A stretch of DNA of 64,000 bases, taken from positions 96,001 to 160,000 of IMG/VR virus record IMGVR_UViG_3300030108_004965; one strand, given 5' to 3'. The DNA is from a virus. This document shows positions 1 through 7,578 of this stretch, in pieces (the stretch's first letter is position 1; the number at the start of each line of letters is the position of its first letter). The notes beneath the pieces were generated by a model. The model saw only the letters and a program-made list of their open reading frames with translations. It did not search any database and was not told where the DNA came from. The position numbers were made by a program, and so were the translations under genes.

Positions 1-36
1 ATCTTCGTTGTATCTTACTAAATCACCTACTTCCAT
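1..36 (-). CDS. SH3/KOW-like minigene, N-terminus only (runs off window)
   Basis: Repeat-encoded RBS GGAGGTG and ATG at 36; MEVGDLVRYNED... Confidence 0.7.
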   Translation of the reverse strand, partial: MEVGDLVRYNED

Positions 37-202
37 TTATCACCTCCAAGTTTTCTTTTCGTTCATAACTGCTTTTTTGATTGCTCCACTGGATCAGGCA
101 CTGTTCCACTATCCCGAATGGGGTATATCCAAGCCGTTTCCTAACGACAATACCAAACAACCACTTTGTGTGCTTGGGGCTTACTAAATCACCTACTTCC
201 AT
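23..202 (-). CDS. SH3/KOW-like miniprotein, 59 aa
   Basis: Hand translation: MEVGDLVSPKHTKWLFGIVVRKRLGYTPFGIVEQCLIQWSNQKSSYERKENLEVINGSR; below ORF-track cutoff. Confidence 0.8.
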   Translation of the reverse strand: MEVGDLVSPKHTKWLFGIVVRKRLGYTPFGIVEQCLIQWSNQKSSYERKENLEVINGSR

Positions 203-350
203 TTATCACCTCCATATCGCTTGGGTTCATAAATCCCAAATCTCCACAAGACCATTGTACCCACCAGCCACCTGTGTTGTGCTTGACAATAATACCTGTC
301 CTGTTGCACCCATACTTTGACTTCATCTTTACTAAATCACCTACTTTCAT
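189..350 (-). CDS. SH3/KOW-like miniprotein, 53 aa
   Basis: MKVGDLVKMKSKYGCNRTGIIV...WVQWSCGD...MEVINGSR; start reassigned to the ATG after GGAGGT. Confidence 0.8.
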   Translation of the reverse strand: MKVGDLVKMKSKYGCNRTGIIVKHNTGGWWVQWSCGDLGFMNPSDMEVINGSR

Positions 351-526
351 ATTACCTCCAACTGAGTTGGGAAATACATTCCGTACTTTCCTGTGTTGAG
401 CCACAAAACTCTCGTTCTTTGAAACTGGCCAGTTGGTGACATTGATCCTTCTATGACCATGCCAAACCAGTTTGATTTGTCGTGAGAGGTTTTGTGCCTA
501 AACTTTACCAAATCACCTACTTTCAT
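347..526 (-). CDS. SH3/KOW-like miniprotein, 59 aa
   Basis: MKVGDLVKFRHKTSHDKSNWFGMVIEG...RVLWLNTGKYGMYFPTQLEVI; ATGA overlap with next gene. Confidence 0.8.
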   Translation of the reverse strand: MKVGDLVKFRHKTSHDKSNWFGMVIEGSMSPTGQFQRTRVLWLNTGKYGMYFPTQLEVI

Positions 527-689
527 TTATCACCTCCACATGATAACTGCCGCCAGTTGTAATGCGGCCATCACCCCACTGAATACGGTAAATCCAATGA
601 ACAGGGTTTACTTGTTTCTTCTTGCTTATTACAATCCCAACACCTTGTTTCGGGTTGGTTGTTAGTTTTACCAAATCACCTACTTCCAT
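513..689 (-). CDS. SH3/KOW-like miniprotein, 58 aa
   Basis: MEVGDLVKLTNPKQGVGIVISKK...YRIQWGDGRITTGGSYHVEVINESR. Confidence 0.8.
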   Translation of the reverse strand: MEVGDLVKLTTNPKQGVGIVISKKKQVNPVHWIYRIQWGDGRITTGGSYHVEVINESR

Positions 690-828
690 TTATCACCTCC
701 AGTGATGTTAAAGGGCATAGGTAGATTTCATTATTGAACATAACACAGCAGTCACCATTTCTTCTTATCTCTACAAGAACACCGATGGTTGGGTCATTCG
801 CAAACAAAACTAAATCACCTATATTCAT
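676..828 (-). CDS. SH3/KOW-like miniprotein, 50 aa
   Basis: MNIGDLVLFANDPTIGVLVEIRRNGDCCVMFNNEIYLCPLTSLEVINGSR. Confidence 0.8.
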   Translation of the reverse strand: MNIGDLVLFANDPTIGVLVEIRRNGDCCVMFNNEIYLCPLTSLEVINGSR

Positions 829-829
829 A

Positions 830-1201
830 TCAATACCCCACTTGTATTTCACGCTTGACATGGATCTCACTTTCCCACCAGTCGCCACGATACTCTATGT
901 CTTCGAGTTCTTCGCCAATGCGGAGGAAGCGAAACTTTTCTCTTTTTTCAACATCTTCCTCCATAGCGTCCATAAACTTCTCAAACATTTGAATGTCTTC
1001 AAACTCATTGAAGGTGGTATACCATTTTATACTATTGCACGTAAAGAGCCAATGCCCCTCGCATTGATAGTCTTTATCGAACTCAAAGTCAGACATATCT
1101 CCAAAGATTTGAGCCATGAGTTCTTCTGTTTTGAGAAAGGTGAGGAAGTCACCTTGTAAGTCTTTGTGTATTGCTATTGCAACGTCTGATCTGTATCCCA
1201 T
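830..1201 (-). CDS. Hypothetical acidic protein, 123 aa
   Basis: RBS AGGAGGTG; promoter directly upstream. Confidence 0.8.
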   Translation of the reverse strand: MGYRSDVAIAIHKDLQGDFLTFLKTEELMAQIFGDMSDFEFDKDYQCEGHWLFTCNSIKWYTTFNEFEDIQMFEKFMDAMEEDVEKREKFRFLRIGEELEDIEYRGDWWESEIHVKREIQVGY

Positions 1202-1220
1202 TGGACACCTCCTGTTTGTT

Positions 1221-1260
1221 GGTTATACTATAAGTGTATCACGACCAGCCAAAAAAGCAA
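1221..1260 (-). promoter_or_regulatory. Putative sigma70-type promoter, class with downstream ATAGTATAACC
   Basis: TTGCTT-16-TACACT with extended -10 TG, then ATAGTATAACC. Confidence 0.6.
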
Positions 1261-1262
1261 GG

Positions 1263-1448
1263 TCATTTTTTGTCCGTTTTTATTATTCTTAATTCGACCT
1301 CGGCAATCTCGGAGATAACTCCATCGTTCCACCAAACTCTATACCATCTGTTCCCTGTGTACATGTGCGAAGAGATTACAATGCCGATCTTCTTTGTGTT
1401 GCTCCAAGTCCAGATAAACTCGACAAGTTCACCGTTCTGGATCATCAT
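1263..1448 (-). CDS. SH3/KOW-like miniprotein, 61 aa
   Basis: NGELVEF...GIVI...YRVWWNDG...ELRII pattern. Confidence 0.75.
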   Translation of the reverse strand: MMIQNGELVEFIWTWSNTKKIGIVISSHMYTGNRWYRVWWNDGVISEIAEVELRIIKTDKK

Positions 1449-1626
1449 TTAAGGCCATTAGTTCACAGTCTATAAGGTCAATCCCTTCAGTTCCATCTGC
1501 CCACAAAACATCGTAAGTTGTCTGATTGAATGTATTTAACTCTGGGCTTGTTATATCCGAAACGATCCCGATCATTCCGTGGTCTGCGTCGTATTGTATC
1601 CACATAACTAAATCACCTATTTTCAT
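1429..1626 (-). CDS. SH3/KOW-like miniprotein, 65 aa
   Basis: MKIGDLVMW...GIV...YDVLWADG. Confidence 0.8.
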   Translation of the reverse strand: MKIGDLVMWIQYDADHGMIGIVSDITSPELNTFNQTTYDVLWADGTEGIDLIDCELMALNDDPER

Positions 1627-1783
1627 TTATCACCTCCAATCCACTGGTGTACATTCCAGACCTGCTTCCGCACTGCCAGAACACCACGGCATATTCCTGA
1701 GCATGCACATGAAAACACAATATGTTCTCTACTATTCCGTACTGTTCGTGTTCTTTGTGTTTTACTAAATCACCTACTTTCAT
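1613..1783 (-). CDS. SH3/KOW-like miniprotein, 56 aa
   Basis: MKVGDLVKHKEHEQYGIVENILCFHVHAQEYAVVFWQCGSRSGMYTSGLEVINENR. Confidence 0.8.
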   Translation of the reverse strand: MKVGDLVKHKEHEQYGIVENILCFHVHAQEYAVVFWQCGSRSGMYTSGLEVINENR

Positions 1784-1934
1784 TTATCACCTCCAACCAT
1801 TGGATCTCGATCCAGTAGGTTTTACCACTAGACCAATAAACATTCGCATATCCTTTTGTAACCTCGACAATCATTCCGGTGTCTCCGGCAGAAGGATAAT
1901 CTTCACCTACTATAACTAAATCACCCCTCTCCAT
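1770..1934 (-). CDS. SH3/KOW-like miniprotein, 54 aa
   Basis: MERGDLVIVGEDYPSAGDTGMIVEVTKGYANVYWSSGKTYWIEIQWLEVINESR. Confidence 0.8.
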   Translation of the reverse strand: MERGDLVIVGEDYPSAGDTGMIVEVTKGYANVYWSSGKTYWIEIQWLEVINESR

Positions 1935-2121
1935 CGAACACCTCGTCGATGCTATCTATCTTCTTGATGAAATGCCCAGCAATGTCAGGGTGCTTTACTT
2001 TGAGCCACATGCCCACAATGTCGCACTCCCACATGTCTACAACCTCATAGTACACGGGTTCATAGTTTTGATACACTCCGTACCTTTTTGCTGTTACCTT
2101 ATCGCCTATTTTTATTCGCAT
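1921..2121 (-). CDS. SH3/KOW-like miniprotein, 66 aa
   Basis: MRIKIGDKVTAK...; RBS GGAGGT. Confidence 0.75.
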   Translation of the reverse strand: MRIKIGDKVTAKRYGVYQNYEPVYYEVVDMWECDIVGMWLKVKHPDIAGHFIKKIDSIDEVFDGEG

Positions 2122-2297
2122 AATACCTCCATGCCCCAACTGTCATACGTCCAGCCTCTACCAGATCGCCCGTTTGAGAAAAGAACAACAAAGTAAGATT
2201 TACCCTCCATCCTATATTCTTCCGTCGCAATACCCAACGCACCAACCAATTGTTTGTTGTCGCTTTTTGTGACCATCACTAAACTACCTACTTTCAT
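2112..2297 (-). CDS. SH3/KOW-like miniprotein, 61 aa
   Basis: MKVGSLVMV...LGIA...VVLFSNG...MEVLCE. Confidence 0.8.
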   Translation of the reverse strand: MKVGSLVMVTKSDNKQLVGALGIATEEYRMEGKSYFVVLFSNGRSGRGWTYDSWGMEVLCE

Positions 2298-2445
2298 TTA
2301 TCACCTCCATTCTTCTGGCTGGTGTCCAAGAATGATCCCCATCGTACCAAAGCACCTTGATGGTGAACTCATTCTGGCCAATCTCTGTTACTATTCCCAT
2401 TTGTTCACTATGGAATACATGCTTTACTAAATCACCTACTTTCAT
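2284..2445 (-). CDS. SH3/KOW-like miniprotein, 53 aa
   Basis: MKVGDLVKHVFHSEQMGIVTEIGQNEFTIKVLWYDGDHSWTPARRMEVINESR. Confidence 0.8.
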   Translation of the reverse strand: MKVGDLVKHVFHSEQMGIVTEIGQNEFTIKVLWYDGDHSWTPARRMEVINESR

Positions 2446-2624
2446 GATGCCTCCTGTTTGTCGTCTAAGGGTCTGTAAAAGACCCTCCAGTTAATGTCGC
2501 CAATCTGGCAATACCTGTCTTTGTCTAGGTTGATACAGCCGATATATCCACCAACCAATGATGGTTCTGTGACTACGTATCTGTCGCCTAGATCCTTGTG
2601 TATGTAAATGTCGCCTACTTTCAT
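2442..2624 (-). CDS. SH3/KOW-like miniprotein, 60 aa
   Basis: MKVGDIYIHKDLGDRYVV... Confidence 0.75.
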   Translation of the reverse strand: MKVGDIYIHKDLGDRYVVTEPSLVGGYIGCINLDKDRYCQIGDINWRVFYRPLDDKQEAS

Positions 2625-2782
2625 ATTACCTCCAACAGATCCTTGTGGATACGGAATGTTAGGTTCGGTTTCCTCGATCTGTTCTTCTTATGAATAAAAA
2701 CAGCACAGTGTGTCGAAGATGCACTGACAACGATACCTATTTCTTTTGTGCTTTTGGTCATTACCAAATCTCCTGATTTCAT
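2621..2782 (-). CDS. SH3/KOW-like miniprotein, 53 aa
   Basis: MKSGDLVMTKSTKEIGIVVSASSTHCAVFIHKKNRSRKPNLTFRIHKDLLEVI. Confidence 0.75.
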   Translation of the reverse strand: MKSGDLVMTKSTKEIGIVVSASSTHCAVFIHKKNRSRKPNLTFRIHKDLLEVI

Positions 2783-3120
2783 GATGCTTTCCCCTTGTGA
2801 TTAGAGTTGCCGATGTTCTCTCCAACCTTGGAGAAAGCCACGTTATTAAGACCGCCACGACGTTGGTTATTCCAGCCTCTGTTGGCTTCCCAAGTCTTGC
2901 CGTAAATCTCTGCGTCATCCTCGCTGTCGAAGCGTAGGATCTGCATAGCCGCCATCTTACCATCACCGGTAGTGAAGGCACGAACTCTGCTCTTGATTTC
3001 AAGACCAAGTTCCTCGACGCAATCGGGACACTCGTTGATCTTGCCACCTGCCCGTCGCTTTTTAGGGCATTGCAAACTAAAGTCATCACCGCAGTGAATA
3101 CATTCTCTTATGTGTCTCAT
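2779..3120 (-). CDS. Zn-ribbon protein, 113 aa
   Basis: CIHC...CPDC; RBS CGGAGGTG; promoter upstream. Confidence 0.8.
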   Translation of the reverse strand: MRHIRECIHCGDDFSLQCPKKRRAGGKINECPDCVEELGLEIKSRVRAFTTGDGKMAAMQILRFDSEDDAEIYGKTWEANRGWNNQRRGGLNNVAFSKVGENIGNSNHKGKAS

Positions 3121-3141
3121 TTGACACCTCCGTTTTGTTTG

Positions 3142-3180
3142 GGTTATACTATATCGTATCACGTTGTTAAAATAAATCAA
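3142..3180 (-). promoter_or_regulatory. Putative promoter, ATAGTATAACC class
   Basis: TTGATT-16-TACGAT with extended -10 TG, then ATAGTATAACC. Confidence 0.6.
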
Positions 3181-3401
3181 GGACAAATTATGTCCGAAAA
3201 TGCTTTGTAGAGTGCTGGTGTCCAGTCGCTCGGCTTTATCTCATAGTGAAACATTGATTTCCAAGTCTCACTACAAGTGAAGTCTCCATCGTTCCAAGCC
3301 ACTTGGAACATCTCACGATCATCATCATAATCGACAACAATCCCAATGAAAACGTCATCTGTGTCGCTTCTTACGAAGTCTCCGATCTTGAAGTTATTCA
3401 T
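3177..3401 (-). CDS. SH3/KOW-like miniprotein, 74 aa
   Basis: MNNFKIGDFVR...GIVV...QVAWNDGD. Confidence 0.75.
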   Translation of the reverse strand: MNNFKIGDFVRSDTDDVFIGIVVDYDDDREMFQVAWNDGDFTCSETWKSMFHYEIKPSDWTPALYKAFSDIICP

Positions 3402-3603
3402 AGATACCCCCAAGATGCCTAATTTCATCCGTGTAGTGTGGCTGGATGCGTTCATCATAAACTCCATTCAGCCACTCAACAAGGACTTGTCCATAGCCTT
3501 CTTCTGTTATCACCATGCCTATCGGCAATGTAACATCATTTTCCGATGGATCTGGTGTCCAATGTGCGTCATAAACTAAATCACCAATCTTGAACTCACT
3601 CAT
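3394..3603 (-). CDS. SH3/KOW-like miniprotein, 69 aa
   Basis: MSEFKIGDLVY...GMVI...LVEWLNG. Confidence 0.75.
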   Translation of the reverse strand: MSEFKIGDLVYDAHWTPDPSENDVTLPIGMVITEEGYGQVLVEWLNGVYDERIQPHYTDEIRHLGGIYE

Positions 3604-3853
3604 AATCGCCTCCATCACTGTCGATACCTCCGAAAATCTTCGGATTTCTTTCTTGAACCTGCTTCATACATCGCACTGCTTGCTCATACTGCTCTCTGTA
3701 TTCGTCATTAGGTTCTATCTGATACATAAGTTGCAACTCATGCACACGTTCTTTTATTGCAGTTAGAATAAGAATGTCAACCTGCTCATGTATTGTTGGT
3801 TCTCTTCCTAAGATGGTTTCTAACTCTTGGTTCATTTTTTTAATCGCACTCAT
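3596..3853 (-). CDS. Hypothetical helical protein
   Basis: ORF coupled to neighbours; RBS AAGGAG. Confidence 0.7.
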   Translation of the reverse strand: MSAIKKMNQELETILGREPTIHEQVDILILTAIKERVHELQLMYQIEPNDEYREQYEQAVRCMKQVQERNPKIFGGIDSDGGDYE

Positions 3854-4085
3854 GGCTATCTCCTTTGATTTCCTTGCAATACTTGATAAGACCTTTGTCC
3901 ATCAAGACAGTTTCGTTCTTGATTATATCGTGAAAGCGGTAGTTGTTTATCACAATACCATCGCTCCTTTTTATTGTTTCTTCTCCTATAAATAGAAGCA
4001 TATCCCAGCCACGATCCCATGAGTTGTTATCATAGTTCCATTGGTTCGTTCGCCAACGGCATTTGTATAATAATCCTGCTGTCAT
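3840..4085 (-). CDS. Hypothetical protein
   Basis: RBS AGGAGG; strong promoter upstream. Confidence 0.75.
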   Translation of the reverse strand: MTAGLLYKCRWRTNQWNYDNNSWDRGWDMLLFIGEETIKRSDGIVINNYRFHDIIKNETVLMDKGLIKYCKEIKGDSHECD

Positions 4086-4103
4086 TTTGTCCTCCTGACT
4101 TTG

Positions 4104-4143
4104 GGTTATACTATATTGTATCCCGTTGTGGTTCAGTTGTCAA
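4104..4143 (-). promoter_or_regulatory. Sigma70-type promoter, ATAGTATAACC class
   Basis: TTGACA-17-TACAAT, then ATAGTATAACC. Confidence 0.75.
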
Positions 4144-4226
4144 ATCTTTTCTGTTTCTTTTCCGGACATTTTTTGACCGCCTCACATGTGATAATAAAAG
4201 GATCGCATACATGCGGAATGAGATTG

Positions 4227-4511
4227 CATAGTTATGTTAAATAAATTTTTTTTTGGGGAAATACATAACATAGTTATGTAAAGTTTTTAGATGATAAAAG
4301 TTGTCAAAAAGTTGTCAAATCTTTGTTGCAAAAGGGTCAAAAACGTGTTATATTAGATAATACGGAGGCTTTTGTGTCAAGTGTTTTTTTACAAGGCTCA
4401 CATAGTTATGTTAAGTTTTTATGAGTTATGTAAAGTTTTTTAGACAAAAGCCATAGTTATGTAAAGTTTTTTGGATTTGTTTTACAGATCCCATAGTTAT
4501 GTAAAGTTTTT
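4227..4511. repeat. Six ~20-bp direct repeats CATAGTTATGT(A/T)AAGTTTTT in an AT-rich non-coding gap
   Basis: Copies at 4227 (partial), 4269, 4401, 4423 (variant), 4452 and 4492; palindrome TACATAAC-ATA-GTTATGTA at 4262-4280. Confidence 0.9.
4326..4354 (+). promoter_or_regulatory. Plus-strand sigma70-type promoter inside the repeat block
   Basis: TTGCAA-17-TATATT, same -10 as the minus-strand early promoters. Confidence 0.55.
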
Positions 4512-4828
4512 CAATCCTCATCATCAGAACTATCTTCCTCCCAAAATGAGGGGAAATATGCAAAGTGCCTGTACATTTCTGCGTAATAGGAATAGTCCGT
4601 TTCAAACAATTCACTTTTGAATTCGTAGTCTGGTGCAAAGCCTTTACATGCTACGGATGTTATTTCATTGTTATATACAATTCCATAAACTCCGCTCTCT
4701 AAACAAACACTATAATAAAATCCACGATTTTTATTGGAGCAAATAACAAATTCATCCGTGAGTATGATGCACGTTGATGTTGTTGTGCCATCAGAAATCA
4801 AAACAAGATCACCTTTTTCTACCTTCAC
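4511..4828 (-). CDS. Hypothetical protein, SH3-like N-terminus
   Basis: KGDLVLI...; acidic tail. Confidence 0.7.
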   Translation of the reverse strand: MKVEKGDLVLISDGTTTSTCIILTDEFVICSNKNRGFYYSVCLESGVYGIVYNNEITSVACKGFAPDYEFKSELFETDYSYYAEMYRHFAYFPSFWEEDSSDDED

Positions 4829-5028
4829 TTGCTAGACCATTCGGCTAATTCATGATCCCAAAATGCCAACAAAGACATCGTGAGATCAAAAGCCTGCTGT
4901 TTGTCACTTTCTGATAGGTGTTCAAAATATTGTATCTTCAAACACTGATCGCATAGGCTATCCATGATTTGATCAAGGGTGGCGTAAGGAGGGGAGGAGG
5001 GTAGGGTAGTAGTAGGGTAGTAGGTCAT
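4825..5028 (-). CDS. Hypothetical protein
   Basis: 4-nt overlaps with both neighbours. Confidence 0.6.
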   Translation of the reverse strand: MTYYPTTTLPSSPPYATLDQIMDSLCDQCLKIQYFEHLSESDKQQAFDLTMSLLAFWDHELAEWSSK

Positions 5029-5258
5029 GATTTGTCTTCTAAAATTTCAATTTGGCCATTTTCTACAAGCCTCTTGAAGGTGTCACCACCCATAACAACC
5101 ACATTACCATCATCATAAAAAATTTCGTAATTCGTTTTCCAATTGAACAAAGGTTGCTCTGTCCAAGTACCGGATTTAATCTCGCGATAGATAATTCCAA
5201 CACGCTTTCCGTCTTGTATAAGAGTCCCTAGTTTTACTATGTCAGAGTTTTTTTGCAT
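5025..5258 (-). CDS. Hypothetical SH3-like protein
   Basis: KLGTLI...GII...YEIFYDDG pattern. Confidence 0.65.
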   Translation of the reverse strand: MQKNSDIVKLGTLIQDGKRVGIIYREIKSGTWTEQPLFNWKTNYEIFYDDGNVVVMGGDTFKRLVENGQIEILEDKS

Positions 5259-5958
5259 CCCTCAAGACTACCCTTAAAGTTTCTTGATCCAAAGTTTTAA
5301 TGTTGGATGCAAGTGTTATATGTTCAATCAAAGATGGTAGACCAAAAGGTGCGCCGACTCTAATAGCCGAGAGGACCCCCAGTACCCTACCAGATTCATC
5401 AAACAAAACTGATCCTGAAGAACCCGGCCATGCAAATGTGTTAACCATTAGCGTATCATTGTGTGTGCCCGTTAATAACCCTTCGGAGATGTGCCACCCT
5501 TCTTTGGCTGGGTGCCCACAGTGGTAGACTTTCTCGCCCATCTGGTTGGTAATGTCTCTACGAAATGGTATTGCTTTTGTGTAATTTAATTTTTCTTTAG
5601 GAACAAGTATCGCTATATCTGTATTGTAGTCTGCCAAAATAACTACGGCTTCTGTCATTGCAAAGCCTCTTTCTATAATCGAAACCTCAGTGGCTCCATG
5701 AACAACGTGTGCTGCTGTCATGATGAACCTGTGCTTTCCTAGTTTAAAATAGTTGCCAGACCCTGTGCCGGCTGGTATGTCCCCTTCGAAACTTTGAATA
5801 GCAACTGATGACAGGTATGAAACTTTAAGTCCTCGTGGGGCAAATGGATCTAGTTCAGCAGTATAGCTATCATCATACTCCGGTGACAAATCAATGTCTA
5901 AATGAGCGTTGGCAGGTGGTGTACAAGCCAACATTATAAATAAAATAGTTTTAATCAT
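5242..5958 (-). CDS. Trypsin-like (S1) serine protease with signal peptide
   Basis: TAAHV (His), DIAIL (Asp), GSSGS (Ser); hydrophobic N-terminus. Confidence 0.9.
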   Translation of the reverse strand: MIKTILFIMLACTPPANAHLDIDLSPEYDDSYTAELDPFAPRGLKVSYLSSVAIQSFEGDIPAGTGSGNYFKLGKHRFIMTAAHVVHGATEVSIIERGFAMTEAVVILADYNTDIAILVPKEKLNYTKAIPFRRDITNQMGEKVYHCGHPAKEGWHISEGLLTGTHNDTLMVNTFAWPGSSGSVLFDESGRVLGVLSAIRVGAPFGLPSLIEHITLASNIKTLDQETLRVVLRDAKKL

Positions 5959-6001
5959 TTTCTATTCCCCCCTATAAGTAACTAGGAATAAAAAACAAAA
6001 A

Positions 6002-6015
6002 AACCCCGTAGGGTT
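6002..6015 (-). terminator. Putative intrinsic terminator
   Basis: AACCC-CGTA-GGGTT followed by a minus-strand U-run. Confidence 0.5.
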
Positions 6016-6030
6016 GGGAAGGATAAAGAA

Positions 6031-6600
6031 TTACTTAACCGGGTGTATCGACGCAAACAGTATTGTGACAGCCTGCTTGATGTCTTTGTCTAAAATACTT
6101 GGCTTTAAATTCGTACATTTATCTGGGAACTTTTCTGTTATTTGTGTTGGTGGACGGCCAACTTGATTAATACTAGTTTCTTTTACTTGCTCTTTGCATT
6201 TCTCTAAAGAGTAAGACGATTTCGAAGCGCTTGCTATTAGTTGAGTGTTCTCGTCATACAGTTTCACAACAATTGTTGCAAAGTTCTCGGTTGTAAAGAT
6301 GTCAGTCACCATGACCCAGTGATAATTTTCAGACCCACACCTAAGTGGCCTACTGTAGTCGCAAGTAGTATCTAGAGCGTATTCTATTGTGTGCTTATCG
6401 TAGACCCTTAAATCTTGAGCACGATTGCTGCGCACAACCCAATGTGAATTTACATTTGCTGATGATACTAGGACGCTATTGATATAACTTTGATATCCGT
6501 TTAGTAGTGGATCGTGTATTGTTGGGGGAGCAACAAACACTTTTTCTGTTTCTTTTATTGGCTCTGCTGCGAGCATTAATGAAGTTACTAACCAATACAT
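6031..6600 (-). CDS. Hypothetical exported protein
   Basis: 189-aa ORF with signal-like N-terminus. Confidence 0.7.
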   Translation of the reverse strand: MYWLVTSLMLAAEPIKETEKVFVAPPTIHDPLLNGYQSYINSVLVSSANVNSHWVVRSNRAQDLRVYDKHTIEYALDTTCDYSRPLRCGSENYHWVMVTDIFTTENFATIVVKLYDENTQLIASASKSSYSLEKCKEQVKETSINQVGRPPTQITEKFPDKCTNLKPSILDKDIKQAVTILFASIHPVK

Positions 6601-6602
6601 TT

Positions 6603-6950
6603 TTATTTCCTCCCATGATCATCTTGGATACGCACCACATCATGTATCTCACTAGTAGATACCTCAATGATCTTTACATCAGTTCCTTGGGAAGCGCAAA
6701 ATCTGTGTACAGTTAGTGGAGAGATGTGGTAAGTGTCTCCGGGATTTAAGATAAGTCTGGTTTCTTCTCTTCTAGATCCTTCTTCCAAGACCAATTCCAT
6801 AATACCCTCTAAAACCATAATTGTTTCCTCTTTCACTTTGTGAAATTGTAGAGACAACCTTTTTCCTTTTTTGATATGTAAGATTTTTCCAACATACTTT
6901 TCTGTTAGTGCCCAAATGTTTTCGTGGCCCCAAGGTTTATTAACAATCAT
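6603..6950 (-). CDS. Cupin-domain protein (mannose-6-phosphate isomerase type II-like)
   Basis: KPWGHE...LSLQFH..KEET...G...TVHRF. Confidence 0.85.
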   Translation of the reverse strand: MIVNKPWGHENIWALTEKYVGKILHIKKGKRLSLQFHKVKEETIMVLEGIMELVLEEGSRREETRLILNPGDTYHISPLTVHRFCASQGTDVKIIEVSTSEIHDVVRIQDDHGRK

Positions 6951-7399
6951 TTTATCTCCTTCATATATAATCTAAGCGCAGTTTCAACTCTCTCCGCGTA
7001 TTCTTCAAGATTTATTTCTATTCCATTTTTGAGCGCATAATCATAACCTAAGTGCCAAGCAAGGGCTTCCTCAAATAATTGTATACGCCTGTGTTCTTTT
7101 AGTCTGTTGCTCTCGTGAAAAATAACGTGGCCTATCTCGTGAGCCAAAGATACAAGTTTTTCAAATTCATCTTGGTCATCTCCGATGTCTATTATACCTT
7201 CGCACTCTAACTCTTCTATTTCATCCTCCGGTGTAGGAACCCAATAGGAGTTTGATCCGGGGGCACACTCAACACTGATATTGAAATCATACTCTGCTCT
7301 CTCCATCAGTAGAGCAAATTTCTGTTTCAATATCTTTTTTGGTGAAGTACTTGATAAGATCCGTATAACCTCCAATGAATTTTTCTTCGCCTTTTTCAT
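6947..7399 (-). CDS. HEXXH metallopeptidase-like protein (ImmA/IrrE-like)
   Basis: SLAHEIGH...EEALAW. Confidence 0.65.
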   Translation of the reverse strand: MKKAKKNSLEVIRILSSTSPKKILKQKFALLMERAEYDFNISVECAPGSNSYWVPTPEDEIEELECEGIIDIGDDQDEFEKLVSLAHEIGHVIFHESNRLKEHRRIQLFEEALAWHLGYDYALKNGIEINLEEYAERVETALRLYMKEIK

Positions 7400-7577
7400 T
7401 TATTTCAATAATCATAGGCACCGTATCATGTTTGTAAATAGATTTATAATACATTAACATCTGACTGCTGTGGTCCACGGAGCAGTATTCAAACGGCAAT
7501 GATCTTTCTATCATTTCCATTTTTGCCCGTAAACAAAACGGACATTCGTTCCAGCAAATAATTTTATAATATTTCAT
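7287..7577 (-). CDS. Glutaredoxin
   Basis: CPFC, TVPMI, FIGGYTDL. Confidence 0.9.
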   Translation of the reverse strand: MKYYKIICWNECPFCLRAKMEMIERSLPFEYCSVDHSSQMLMYYKSIYKHDTVPMIIEINEKGEEKFIGGYTDLIKYFTKKDIETEICSTDGESRV

Positions 7578-7578
7578 T

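Larger units (their letters stand above)
17..2634 (-). repeat. Dispersed ~32-bp junction repeat, minus-strand consensus TGGAGGTGATAAATGRAAGTAGGTGATTTRGT
   Basis: Near-identical copies start at + positions 17, 183, 507, 670, 1607, 1764 and 2278; variants at 331, 809, 2426 and 2604. Each copy sits at a junction between small ORFs. Confidence 0.95.

Noticed and set aside
17-2634. The 32-bp repeat as a CRISPR array
   Set aside because: Intervening segments are ~110-150 bp or longer, are open reading frames, and the repeat itself is coding and non-palindromic. No cas genes are present.
2688-3089. 133-aa minus-strand ORF
   Set aside because: It is an alternative frame overlapping the better-supported Zn-ribbon gene and a minigene.
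17-3603. The array as an integron or DGR
   Set aside because: No attC-like inverted repeats, tyrosine integrase, reverse transcriptase or template/variable repeat pair is visible in the window. An enzyme elsewhere in the genome cannot be excluded.
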